This document shows, one piece after another, positions 16,659 through 24,232 of a DNA stretch of 26,905 nucleotides. Made by a program: the position numbers and the translations under genes. The DNA is from a virus (taxonomy: Duplodnaviria; Caudoviricetes). A model generated the notes under the pieces. That model saw only the letters and a list, made by a program, of their open reading frames with translations. It searched no databases and was not told where the DNA came from. Location of the stretch: positions 1 to 26,905 of the IMG/VR virus record IMGVR_UViG_3300022178_003854. The stretch is one strand, 5' to 3'. Position 1 is the first letter of the stretch; each line of letters begins with the position of its first letter.

Positions 16659-18078
16659 GATTATTCCATCCTGCAAAGTTGATCTCTATCGGTTTCATTA
16701 TCTTGGTTTTAGGCGTGTGCATACTCATCATGAGAGAATCGCCCATATTCGGTGAAGGTATTGAGTACGGTTTCTTCGCCATCTCAATCTTGCTTAAAAT
16801 CTGAATCTTACCAGAGTTTGATCGTTTTAAAGGGATTCTGCAAACTTCCGAGCGTAATTGCTCAATATTGTCAATATCTGATGACAAACTAATTAGCTCT
16901 TCTGGGTCAATATACTGACCCTTCACCACAGCTCGATGGGTTGCCTCGAACCTATCCCGCAAAGTCCACCACATCTGTGCTCGCTTGTTGAGAAAGGTTT
17001 CTCTGTTTGTCTTAGCCCTCTGGCTACCGCCTAGCGTGTACGGCATCTCTGGGTCATACGGGGACTCGGAGCCCTTGAACATATGGTACTCCATCTTCTT
17101 ACCTTCAAGCGCCTGGTCTACTTGACGCTTTAGGCTTATCCCAAGACCGTCACAGTCCCAGATGAAGTGGTCTGCCTGAGCTGCTACAGCCTTCTCTAGT
17201 GCCCAGTCCATGCCTTCGTTGGCATCTCCAGTAACATTTTCACAAACGTCCAGAATGACATTGCCGTGGCGCAAGGAATAGCCCTTACTGTCACCGCCCT
17301 CGTCTGAAGGGTCGTGGGAAGCAATTAAAGCTCCTTCTGGCTTCCATCCTAGCTTCTTGTGCGCGTCTATCGCCGCATCAAACCAGTCAGGGTCGATTAT
17401 ACTGTCCTGCACAGTATCGAGGTGCTTGCCTTCCCAGATGTGCTCGTACATAGCTCTGGGCAGGTTCTGCTTATCATGTAGCCGCTCCTGCTCTAGCGGA
17501 GTCTTCGTAAACCACGGGTTATCCTCGTAATTCATGCGGATAATTAGGTGCATATCGTCTTCGTATATGCCATCGCGGTTAAGCTGCTTCTCGAATGGCT
17601 TAATGAACCGCTCAGAAAATGCGTCAGTGCTGGACCGTGGGTTACCTGAAAGCCATATCTGACTGCCTGCTTCCCGAAGCGTAGGAGTAAGAGCCTTCAG
17701 GCTTTCAAAGGATATAGTTTGAGCCTCCTCGACCCAGAACAAGTTAAAGCCATACATCGACTTAACCGCCTCTACGTTTCTGGCTAGACCTCTAAATTTA
17801 AAAGCCGCCTCGCCATTAAACAGAATCTGGTTATTCTGCACCTGAAAGTCTTCAAGGCCATAAGACTGTATCTGAGACGCTAAGAGGCTGTGTACCGAAT
17901 CATCGATGGAGTTCTGGAACTCTCTAAAAGCTCCGATCTTTTGCCCCTCCAGAGCCTTGAGCAAGCTAAGAGAGCCGAGGCCATAGCTTTTGCCGCTGCC
18001 TCTACCGCCGTAGACCACAATGAAGCGTTGTTTAGCCTCAAGCACTGGTAACAGCTTTGGAGCGATCTGCAGATTCAG
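16651..18078 (-). CDS. terL: Terminase large subunit (PBSX-type), probable CTG start
   Basis: Walker A YGGRGSGKS, Walker B WVEEAQ, coupling motif LSGNP, nuclease motifs HDPSD and SPNMGD. The frame is open to a CTG at 18078 with an AGGAG SD. Confidence 0.93.
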   Translation of the reverse strand: MNLQIAPKLLPVLEAKQRFIVVYGGRGSGKSYGLGSLSLLKALEGQKIGAFREFQNSIDDSVHSLLASQIQSYGLEDFQVQNNQILFNGEAAFKFRGLARNVEAVKSMYGFNLFWVEEAQTISFESLKALTPTLREAGSQIWLSGNPRSSTDAFSERFIKPFEKQLNRDGIYEDDMHLIIRMNYEDNPWFTKTPLEQERLHDKQNLPRAMYEHIWEGKHLDTVQDSIIDPDWFDAAIDAHKKLGWKPEGALIASHDPSDEGGDSKGYSLRHGNVILDVCENVTGDANEGMDWALEKAVAAQADHFIWDCDGLGISLKRQVDQALEGKKMEYHMFKGSESPYDPEMPYTLGGSQRAKTNRETFLNKRAQMWWTLRDRFEATHRAVVKGQYIDPEELISLSSDIDNIEQLRSEVCRIPLKRSNSGKIQILSKIEMAKKPYSIPSPNMGDSLMMSMHTPKTKIMKPIEINFAGWNNHG

Positions 18079-18440
18079 GCTAAGTCTCCTGGATTAACGA
18101 CCTCAATGGTCACATGATAATCCTTCTCAATAGCCTTGCCGTCAGGTCCAGATATTTCCTGCCTGCTCTTTTCCGTCCAGCCAGCTCGCTGAGATAGCCA
18201 TAGCTTCATGCTCTGAAAATCACCGTCCATGCCGTTTGCATACAGTTGAGAGATCATTCTGCTGCTTGCGTCTAGCAATGCCTTGTTATAAGCCTCCAAT
18301 AACTCTGGCTCTCGTTTAAACATCCTTCTCAAGCAATTGTCAGACATGCCAAAATATTCTGCCAACTGAGCGTGTGACAGGGCAGGGGCAAGCTCTTTGA
18401 GCTTCTCAATCTCGTTATCGTCCAAGATTCGTAAGTCCAT
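18075..18440 (-). CDS. terS: Terminase small subunit
   Basis: 121 aa with an N-terminal HTH (LSHAQLAEYFGMSDNCL), LWLSQRAGW and the EISGPDG motif. Directly upstream of TerL. Confidence 0.85.
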   Translation of the reverse strand: MDLRILDDNEIEKLKELAPALSHAQLAEYFGMSDNCLRRMFKREPELLEAYNKALLDASSRMISQLYANGMDGDFQSMKLWLSQRAGWTEKSRQEISGPDGKAIEKDYHVTIEVVNPGDLA

Positions 18441-18443
18441 AGT

Positions 18444-18617
18444 TTAAGTATACCTTTTTTTTTGCGTCAAAACATATTCTCGCACACCACGCCCCAGCTC
18501 ACGCTTTAGCTGCTGATCACAGTCCTTGCACAGTCCAGAGCCATCTTTGATCCCGGTTGCTAGGTCTTCTGCATACTTTTTGATGCCGCACAGCGTACAC
18601 CAGAAATGCTTATCCAT
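18444..18617 (-). CDS. 57-aa zinc-finger protein (CxxC...CxxC)
   Basis: Hand-translated as MDKHFWCTLCGIKKYAEDLATGIKDGSGLCKDCDQQL...; SD AAGGA. Confidence 0.7.
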   Translation of the reverse strand: MDKHFWCTLCGIKKYAEDLATGIKDGSGLCKDCDQQLKRELGRGVREYVLTQKKRYT

Positions 18618-18777
18618 GCTTATCTTCCTTTGCGGCGCATCCTAGCAGAACTATGTCTAACAGTTGAGGCTTGTTTCTATGCCAGTCCTGGAGCGTAGAG
18701 CGAGGAACCTTAGTCTTGTCTACAACGCTCTGGACGCTGATTAAGTGGTGCTTGTGGGTTAGTTCTCTAAGCGTCAT
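18610..18777 (-). CDS. 55-aa HTH-like DNA-binding protein
   Basis: Hand-translated as MTLRELTHKHHLISVQSVVDKTKVPRSTLQDWHRNKPQLL...; the VPRSTLQDW segment looks like a recognition helix. SD CAGGAG. Confidence 0.7.
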   Translation of the reverse strand: MTLRELTHKHHLISVQSVVDKTKVPRSTLQDWHRNKPQLLDIVLLGCAAKEDKHG

Positions 18778-18799
18778 GGTCATTCTCCTGTATGGGGTT

Positions 18800-18815
18800 G
18801 GCCCCCGTAGGGGCC
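18800..18815 (-). other. GC-rich intergenic hairpin with a cUACGg tetraloop (no U-tract)
   Basis: GGCCCC-TACG-GGGGCC on the - strand. Confidence 0.75.
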
Positions 18816-18954
18816 GGTTGGTTTAAGCTGCTGCCCAATCTGATAAATCTACGTCAGACCCGAACGATGCGGCTAATGCTTTGGCCCCTGCTTTTGCGGC
18901 CTCTCGAACGTCGACGTAATAAGGACCGTCCTCGTCATGACCGCTGCCATGTCG

Positions 18955-19158
18955 TCATGGTTCAGAGACACACTCCCCTCTCATTAGTTCAGCCGGTGAT
19001 CTTTCCTCTCGCGGCGGTGCTACAAACCCATGCTTTGCGGCATAGGCTAATGCGCTATCTCTAGCAGATTGCCGAATTGTTTTTACTGTCTCTAGCAACT
19101 TCTGGTCATCAATTTCATGCCATCTAAACAACATATCTAATTCATCTTCCATTCTCAC
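18955..19158 (-). CDS. Hypothetical protein (67 aa; frame stays open for 43 codons after its TGA)
   Basis: ORF with a GGAG SD near the start. See the related finding. Confidence 0.6.
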   Translation of the reverse strand: MRMEDELDMLFRWHEIDDQKLLETVKTIRQSARDSALAYAAKHGFVAPPREERSPAELMRGECVSEP

Positions 19159-19185
19159 TCTCCATATAATCAGTAATGTGATGGT

Positions 19186-19470
19186 CTAGGGCTTATGCTT
19201 GTCCAAGAACACACCAATGTAGCAATCTTTTGTATGCTTGGTTCCTTCACCACAGTTTGGGCAATAAAAAAAACCGCGCTCTTCTGAGCAAAATTGCAAG
19301 TTATCAATATGCTCAATGGACTGCTCTAAATCCTTCTCTAGCTCGGCTATGCGGTCTTCGTAGTCCTCGTGAGTGTACGGTGTAGACATCTCCTCCTGCT
19401 CTAGGCTCTCCCTATCCTCTATAAGAGCCTCCACCACTACTTCTTCGATCTGTTCCGCTGTTAGCTTCAT
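19186..19470 (-). CDS. Acidic coiled-coil protein with C-terminal CxxC...HxxxC
   Basis: 94 aa, ATGA-coupled, SD GAGGTG. Confidence 0.7.
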   Translation of the reverse strand: MKLTAEQIEEVVVEALIEDRESLEQEEMSTPYTHEDYEDRIAELEKDLEQSIEHIDNLQFCSEERGFFYCPNCGEGTKHTKDCYIGVFLDKHKP

Positions 19471-19595
19471 CCTGTCACCTCGTCTGCGTAGGCCTGTATA
19501 CTGCTGTCAAGCACCATAACCTTGTCATAATCACCAAAGTCTAGTGTCTCGCAAAATTCGTAAAAGTCTTCAATTTCTCTGCGGGTCATTGACAT
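19467..19595 (-). CDS. 42-aa acidic hypothetical protein
   Basis: Hand-translated as MSMTRREIEDFYEFCETLDFGDYDKVMVLDSSIQAYADEVTG. SD CAGGAG; first gene after the promoter. Confidence 0.7.
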   Translation of the reverse strand: MSMTRREIEDFYEFCETLDFGDYDKVMVLDSSIQAYADEVTG

Positions 19596-19631
19596 GGTCG
19601 TTCTCCTGTGTGTTTTTAAGTAAGTGAGACA

Positions 19632-19660
19632 ACTCTAAGCCAATACCTACCCCTTGTCAA
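19632..19660 (-). promoter_or_regulatory. Sigma70 promoter
   Basis: TTGACA-N17-TAGAGT on the - strand, in an intergenic region. Confidence 0.75.
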
Positions 19661-19731
19661 CGACTATCGTACAATTAAAGCAATATTCGTTTGTTATGGA
19701 CAAATTGCAGGAATTTTATTGCAGAATTGTC

Positions 19732-20076
19732 CTAGACATACAGGTGACTAAGGTCTAGTAGGGGCAGGATTGAAAACTTCACGTATTCCTCGCCCTTGGG
19801 GACGATTACCTTGCGCTGCACACCCTCATAAATCTGAGAGTCATTAAAGCCGTAGAAAGCCTGTAGGCAGTCCTGAAAGGGCTTTATGGGGTTATCGTAG
19901 TCAGCGGCCTTGTTGCTTACTCCAAATTCAAGGAGCAGCGTGTAGGGAGGCTCTGGGAGGGTCATCTTGCGGAGCTTGAGTGCGACTTCCTGTTGGTATG
20001 CTTTGTAAGCCTTGCTTCTAAATCTTCGCCCCTGCCATGCCACATTGACAGACAGAGGCTTGATGTCAATTTTCAT
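19732..20076 (-). CDS. rusA: RusA-like Holliday junction resolvase
   Basis: PLSVN N-terminus and the catalytic DYDNPIKPFQD motif (DxDNxxKxxxD), plus FNDSQI. Start at ATG 20076 through an ATGA overlap. Confidence 0.85.
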   Translation of the reverse strand: MKIDIKPLSVNVAWQGRRFRSKAYKAYQQEVALKLRKMTLPEPPYTLLLEFGVSNKAADYDNPIKPFQDCLQAFYGFNDSQIYEGVQRKVIVPKGEEYVKFSILPLLDLSHLYV

Positions 20077-20390
20077 AATTGATAAATTCCGGCTTCTATG
20101 TCCCGGACGAGCGTCATCATGCAATAGTGCAGGAACTGCTCACTCTGGTCTATGTGTCGCAATTCCCTAGTCTCACCGTTGCCCATTTCATAATTGTCAA
20201 ATTTCCCATGACACTTGATGCACAGGTCAGCGGCCACGCAGTCATGACCTTTAATTCCACGGCCTTTGCCGTACTGATGTTGGCGCATCCCGCTATAGTG
20301 CGCTCTCACAATTGTGCCATCTTCGATTCCGCAGCACACACAGCTCCTGTCTTTTGCCGCCTGAGTTATTCGTTTGGATCGGATAATCAT
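20073..20390 (-). CDS. DUF1364/YbcO-like zinc-binding putative nuclease
   Basis: RSKRI..AAK..SCVCC...AH...G.GIKGHD...LCIKCH pattern, in a nin-region context. Confidence 0.75.
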   Translation of the reverse strand: MIIRSKRITQAAKDRSCVCCGIEDGTIVRAHYSGMRQHQYGKGRGIKGHDCVAADLCIKCHGKFDNYEMGNGETRELRHIDQSEQFLHYCMMTLVRDIEAGIYQL

Positions 20391-20544
20391 CTCTTAACAC
20401 CTCGTCTAATATGTTCTTCTGCTTGGTGAAACGATCAAGCAACTCTTCAAGCAATCGAGTTGAATCCGATACATTACGGTATAGCTTTACATGGTTCTCA
20501 CACCGCTTGGATAGCTCAGAGTCGGTTAGTTGGTATAGTTTCAT
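20293..20544 (-). CDS. Hypothetical protein
   Basis: 83 aa, ATGA-coupled to the Mom-like gene. Its 3' end overlaps the next gene by 98 nt. Confidence 0.55.
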   Translation of the reverse strand: MKLYQLTDSELSKRCENHVKLYRNVSDSTRLLEELLDRFTKQKNILDEVLRDDYPIQTNNSGGKRQELCVLRNRRWHNCESAL

Positions 20545-21323
20545 CTTGAATATCCGTCTAAAACCGTTGATGGGATGTCTTGGTTCTCTCTCTTTGGGTA
20601 TGGCTTAATTAAATGCTCTATAGCTTTCAAATTCTCTGATTTTTCTTTTTTGGAGCCTCTGAAGCTAAAATACCTGCCCTTTGAGTTCTGCTTTATTTTC
20701 TTTGCGTCTGGATAATGCTTTCTAATTTCCTGTATCTTGGTGGTTCCTAGCTTTTGTCTGATATTTCTGGCTCCGTATAGCTTGCCATTAATCACCCAAG
20801 CATCCCTATCCCCTTTTCTGCTATTAACATTAGGGTTTGCATCGCGCATAGAACCAACATAATCAAAACCACAAGCCTGATAGATGGTTCCAACCTCTCC
20901 CGCCAAGTCATCAACTGTGCAAGTAATCACCTTGAACTTTTCAGGGAGCATTTTCATGCTTTGCCGTATTAGCTTGCTTGCGCTATGAGGGTGCGCCCAA
21001 TGAACACAAGCCCCTCTCGATAAAAGTATTATTTTTCCCGTATATCCGTATGAATCCCACTTGCCAAGGTTTTCAATGTACTCAGGCCCATAGACAACCA
21101 CTCCAGCACAAATATCATCAAAGAATATTCCGTAATAAAACCAATTTACCGCTGCCAAACACCCCAGCCACTCATACTCTTTTATGATTCCCTCGGCAAT
21201 TCCTCTGCTTACCTCTCTAACTTCTGCTTTTTTTATATCTGTATCTATATCTAGCCACCACTCGCCAAGCATATCGGTTTTCTGGGACGCGCCATCTCTA
21301 ACTATTTTTTGATGCGCTTTCAT
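20541..21323 (-). CDS. Mom-family GNAT DNA (adenine) modification protein
   Basis: GVVVYG...LLSRG...SASKLIRQSMK...GEVGTIYQACGFDYVG...KGRY matches the Mu Mom-like pattern GtIYqA..f.Y.G. Confidence 0.75.
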   Translation of the reverse strand: MKAHQKIVRDGASQKTDMLGEWWLDIDTDIKKAEVREVSRGIAEGIIKEYEWLGCLAAVNWFYYGIFFDDICAGVVVYGPEYIENLGKWDSYGYTGKIILLSRGACVHWAHPHSASKLIRQSMKMLPEKFKVITCTVDDLAGEVGTIYQACGFDYVGSMRDANPNVNSRKGDRDAWVINGKLYGARNIRQKLGTTKIQEIRKHYPDAKKIKQNSKGRYFSFRGSKKEKSENLKAIEHLIKPYPKRENQDIPSTVLDGYSR

Positions 21324-21646
21324 CCACCCTGCCTTAAATCCTCACGATTCCTGTCAGGCCATGCGGGAGCTGTCACGCCCAGCCTCGTTGCTAAGTGTCT
21401 GCACAATACCTCATATACTGGATTGTAATCCTTGGGGTCAGCGTCTGCTGTCGATTCCAGCCCAGTCATGGCGGTGAATACAGGTCTGAAAATCCTATCC
21501 TTCACGCTTGGCTGACACCACGGAATGGCTATTGACGGCTTTAACACCTTGCGCTGATCAAGCCCCGCAGCGTTCAAATCCTCGGCCAAAATCTTACACC
21601 ATAGTTCCAGGGCTTTTTGCTGTTGGGCGGTTCTTTTCTCACTCAT
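21320..21646 (-). CDS. NinB/Orf-like recombination protein
   Basis: N-terminal KRTAQQQKAL..W, the ST motif, and a C-terminal GV..P.W. Confidence 0.65.
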   Translation of the reverse strand: MSEKRTAQQQKALELWCKILAEDLNAAGLDQRKVLKPSIAIPWCQPSVKDRIFRPVFTAMTGLESTADADPKDYNPVYEVLCRHLATRLGVTAPAWPDRNREDLRQGG

Positions 21647-22029
21647 AAATCTAACTCCTCGCGCATTTTTTTCAGTTTTTGCCTGAACACATCGCTGTCC
21701 ATCCGCTTGTTGGGCAGAGCTTTAAACTCACTGTGATAGGGAGCTCGGACTGGCTTATCGCACAATTTACGGAAGTCTCCTAGTGTGAGAAAGCCGGACC
21801 AATCTTCCGCAGCCTTCAGCCCTTGCAGTAACTGCTCTTGCGGGTAATCAGACAGTGATGCTTCCCAGTATTTAAAATCAGTTGATCCAATGTCATCATG
21901 GACTAACTTCATGGCCTGTAGGCCACGCCACACCATCATCATTGTTTTCTTCCAGGTATCGTCTTGCGGCCTCGTCCCTTCTTTCTGACTTTGATACAGC
22001 TTTTTGACCAAACTGTTGACCTGTTCCAT
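21643..22029 (-). CDS. Replication protein (lambda P-position partner of the initiator)
   Basis: W...L...L..GL...F.TLGDFRKLC resembles helicase loader/inhibitor-like proteins. SD GAGGAG. Confidence 0.55.
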   Translation of the reverse strand: MEQVNSLVKKLYQSQKEGTRPQDDTWKKTMMMVWRGLQAMKLVHDDIGSTDFKYWEASLSDYPQEQLLQGLKAAEDWSGFLTLGDFRKLCDKPVRAPYHSEFKALPNKRMDSDVFRQKLKKMREELDL

Positions 22030-22618
22030 GTTGCTTGCTCCTCGCTATCCAGCTAGTAACTGCGTGTTGCCATGACTTCATCGGGTTTCGACCAACCCTC
22101 CAACCGTTAGACTCATAATGACAAAGGAAAAGACCTGCCTGATGACCTGCATCAGTAACCTTTCCAGCAAAGGCATCTTCTAACTCTGTGATAGTGGGCT
22201 TGCTAAAGCCCTTCTTTTTATTGGTTATTGGTTTATGGTTTATGGTTAATGGTTTATGGTTAGCATTGCCTTCGCTATGCGTTCGCACTGCGTTCGCATC
22301 CTTTTCCCATCTCTTCTTTGCGGATTTACTGGCCTTCGCAGACTTATCTCTGTATGAAATTATATCCTCATCGCATCGAGAATGAAGAAACATTGAATTC
22401 TCGAATTTGAAAAAGTCATTTAAGACATTTCTAAGTGCCTTCTTTTCATTTGCAGTTCTGATCGAATGCTTACGCTCAAGCTCTTTCATGTCTCCCGGTA
22501 GTGGAGATTCTTCGAGCATATAAGTGTCTATCAATGACCGATAAATACCGTGTTCTAGATGACTTAAATGTGCGGTATCTCGCCTGTAATCACCTATATT
22601 AAACTGATAATAGTGCAT
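21896..22618 (-). CDS. DUF1376/YdaU-family replication initiator (O-like)
   Basis: N-terminus MHYYQFNIGDYRRDTAHLSHLEHGIYRSLID, internal iterons, and C-terminal HYESNGW.VG...MKSW...W. Confidence 0.85.
   Translation of the reverse strand: MHYYQFNIGDYRRDTAHLSHLEHGIYRSLIDTYMLEESPLPGDMKELERKHSIRTANEKKALRNVLNDFFKFENSMFLHSRCDEDIISYRDKSAKASKSAKKRWEKDANAVRTHSEGNANHKPLTINHKPITNKKKGFSKPTITELEDAFAGKVTDAGHQAGLFLCHYESNGWRVGRNPMKSWQHAVTSWIARSKQHGTGQQFGQKAVSKSERRDEAARRYLEENNDDGVAWPTGHEVSP
22222..22298. repeat. Probable replication origin: 6 x 7-bp TGGTTWD plus 3 x 11-bp-spaced TGCSTTCGCW
   Basis: 7-mers start at 22222, 22229, 22236, 22243, 22250 and 22257. 10-mers start at 22267, 22278 and 22289. All lie inside the initiator gene, as in lambdoid origins. 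Confidence 0.75.
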
Positions 22619-22825
22619 TTAATTTCCCGTGATCCGGTAATAAATCTTAGGTTTTATGTAATGGAGCTCGGAAACCTCCCCATTTTCAATTATTAGCGTA
22701 GCGTCCGGGTTACTAGCCTTAATCTGACTAATACGCGATGGGAAGATTCCGAATATCTCACCAAGTTCCGATTGCAAATTATTCCGATCTTCCAAATACT
22801 TAGCCAACTTCACTTTTTTCTTCAT
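22619..22825 (-). CDS. Cro-like HTH regulator
   Basis: 68 aa with QSELGEIFGIFPSRISQ (HTH). First gene of the leftward operon. Confidence 0.75.
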   Translation of the reverse strand: MKKKVKLAKYLEDRNNLQSELGEIFGIFPSRISQIKASNPDATLIIENGEVSELHYIKPKIYYRITGN

Positions 22826-22865
22826 TGAAATTCAATCCTATATTACTTTTCAGTTAAATAATAGC

Positions 22866-22894
22866 TTGCATTGAAATAAATAATACATTAATCT
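22866..22894 (+). promoter_or_regulatory. Rightward sigma70-like promoter in an AT-rich divergent control region
   Basis: TTGCAT-N17-TAATCT. Confidence 0.55.
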
Positions 22895-22934
22895 TACCTA
22901 GCTTACAAATAAACACTCATTGGGGAATGAAGAT

Positions 22935-23303
22935 ATGACTAATAACAATTTTGACTATCGATGGTTGCCAGACAGCAACACAGCAGCATTAAACGCTTAC
23001 GAGCTTGAGCAGGAAAAGTTGTTCAGAGCCGCTGAGATTGAGCAAGATGATATTGATATGAAAATCGAAGAGGTAGTTCTTTCGGAACTCGAGGCCGACA
23101 GCGCGACAGCGATTGAGGCAATTGGGACAGAGGCTACCCAAGTATCTTGGGGAAAGCTCCATCCTGAATTTAAAGCCGTTCTTATTGATGCGGTTAAATG
23201 CAAGGGAAGCAAGTCGCAAGATTTGGCAGATAAGGATTTGGGAAAAATAGTGCGAGAGCTTGTCACCGACTATATAGCTGGCGATGTGGAGGAGTTGATA
23301 TGA
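22935..23303 (+). CDS. Acidic hypothetical protein
   Basis: First gene of the + operon. ATG 22935 with GGGGA upstream is preferred over TTG 22920. Confidence 0.75.
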   Translation: MTNNNFDYRWLPDSNTAALNAYELEQEKLFRAAEIEQDDIDMKIEEVVLSELEADSATAIEAIGTEATQVSWGKLHPEFKAVLIDAVKCKGSKSQDLADKDLGKIVRELVTDYIAGDVEELI

Positions 23304-23539
23304 GCAATGTTATTGTTTTCCGCAGCAAGCTGCACAGCGATAAAGTAGCTAATGCAATAATTTCAAAAGAATCTGAGCTTGCCGCTGCTCGAAGCAAGGC
23401 AGGCTGGGACTTTAAAGATGGCGAGCCCAACAATCCATATCCTAAGAATAGCTTGACCTGGCAGGCTTACGAAGAAGAATTTTTCAACATCTATATGACC
23501 GGCCTGTACGCCGAGCAGGGGAACCTACTAAATGATTAG
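23300..23539 (+). CDS. Hypothetical protein (GW...G..NNPY.....W motif)
   Basis: 79 aa, ATGA-coupled, SD GGAGGAG. Confidence 0.7.
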   Translation: MSNVIVFRSKLHSDKVANAIISKESELAAARSKAGWDFKDGEPNNPYPKNSLTWQAYEEEFFNIYMTGLYAEQGNLLND

Positions 23540-24137
23540 TCAATCTGAATCAATTTCTGAGCTAGCAACAGCTCTTTCAAAGGCGCAAAGTCAAATGGGT
23601 TCTGCAATTAAGGACTCTGAGAACCCATTCTTTAAGTCCAAGTATGCAGACCTCACATCGGTCATAGCTGCTGTCAGAAAGCCATTTGCTGATAACGGCT
23701 TGAGCTTTGTCCAGTTGCCAGTATCTCAGGACGGGTGCGTAGGAGTTGCTACACGGATCATGCACAGCTCTGGCGAATGGCTGGAGTCAGAATTTTTAAT
23801 TCCTTGCAAGCAGGACGCTCACGGCTATGCAGCGGGAATAACCTATTGTCGTCGGCTGAGTTTGCAAGCAGCCGCCGGAGTGCCGACTGATGATGACGAT
23901 GGCAATTCGGCTATTATTGACTACCAAAAAGACTATTCAAGCTCTATTGACGCAATTCTTACTGGCATTGCAGATGGTGACTTATCGTCTGCAGCAGAGG
24001 AATGGTTTACGCTGCCAAAACACGTTCAAGAGGCTCTGTGGGTCGCACCATCGAAAGGCGGGTCTTTTCCCACCAAAGACAGGGAGGTAATGAAGTCATC
24101 GGATTTCAGAGCAGCCTACTACGGTGAAAGCAAATGA
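23532..24137 (+). CDS. erf: ERF-family single-strand annealing protein
   Basis: KDSENPFFKSKYADL, HSSGEW and ITYCRRLSL.AAAG...DDDDGN form the ERF signature. Confidence 0.92.
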   Translation: MISQSESISELATALSKAQSQMGSAIKDSENPFFKSKYADLTSVIAAVRKPFADNGLSFVQLPVSQDGCVGVATRIMHSSGEWLESEFLIPCKQDAHGYAAGITYCRRLSLQAAAGVPTDDDDGNSAIIDYQKDYSSSIDAILTGIADGDLSSAAEEWFTLPKHVQEALWVAPSKGGSFPTKDREVMKSSDFRAAYYGESK

Positions 24138-24229
24138 GGATTAGCGAGAAGATGAGCGAGTTTTTGTATGGCGTAGGATCACTTGTGATTTTAACTGGAA
24201 TATTTCTATTAATTTTAAGTGGATTGTAA
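24134..24229 (+). CDS. 31-aa single-pass membrane peptide
   Basis: Hand-translated as MRISEKMSEFLYGVGSLVILTGIFLLILSGL. ATGA overlap with erf, and it fills the gap to ssb. Confidence 0.6.
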   Translation: MRISEKMSEFLYGVGSLVILTGIFLLILSGL

Positions 24230-24232
24230 AAT

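Noticed and set aside
18955-18957. Genome-wide TGA reassignment
   Set aside because: TGA terminates many clear genes (scaffold, erf, terS, gp10-like) at their expected ends, so any read-through would be local.
18792-19064. + strand 90-aa ORF
   Set aside because: It lies antisense to the promoter-driven - strand cassette, spans the hairpin and has no convincing SD.
19380-19400. Internal start (AGGAGGAG ATG) splitting the 94-aa ORF
   Set aside because: SD-to-ATG spacing is too short, and the purine run is explained by Gln-Glu-Glu codons.
19698-19732. GGACAA...TTGTCC inverted repeat with ATTGCAG duplicates after rusA
   Set aside because: The stem is short with a long loop and no U-tract, so it cannot be supported as a terminator or operator.
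22222-22298. CRISPR array
   Set aside because: The repeats are 7-11 bp, tandem, lack spacers and lie within a CDS.
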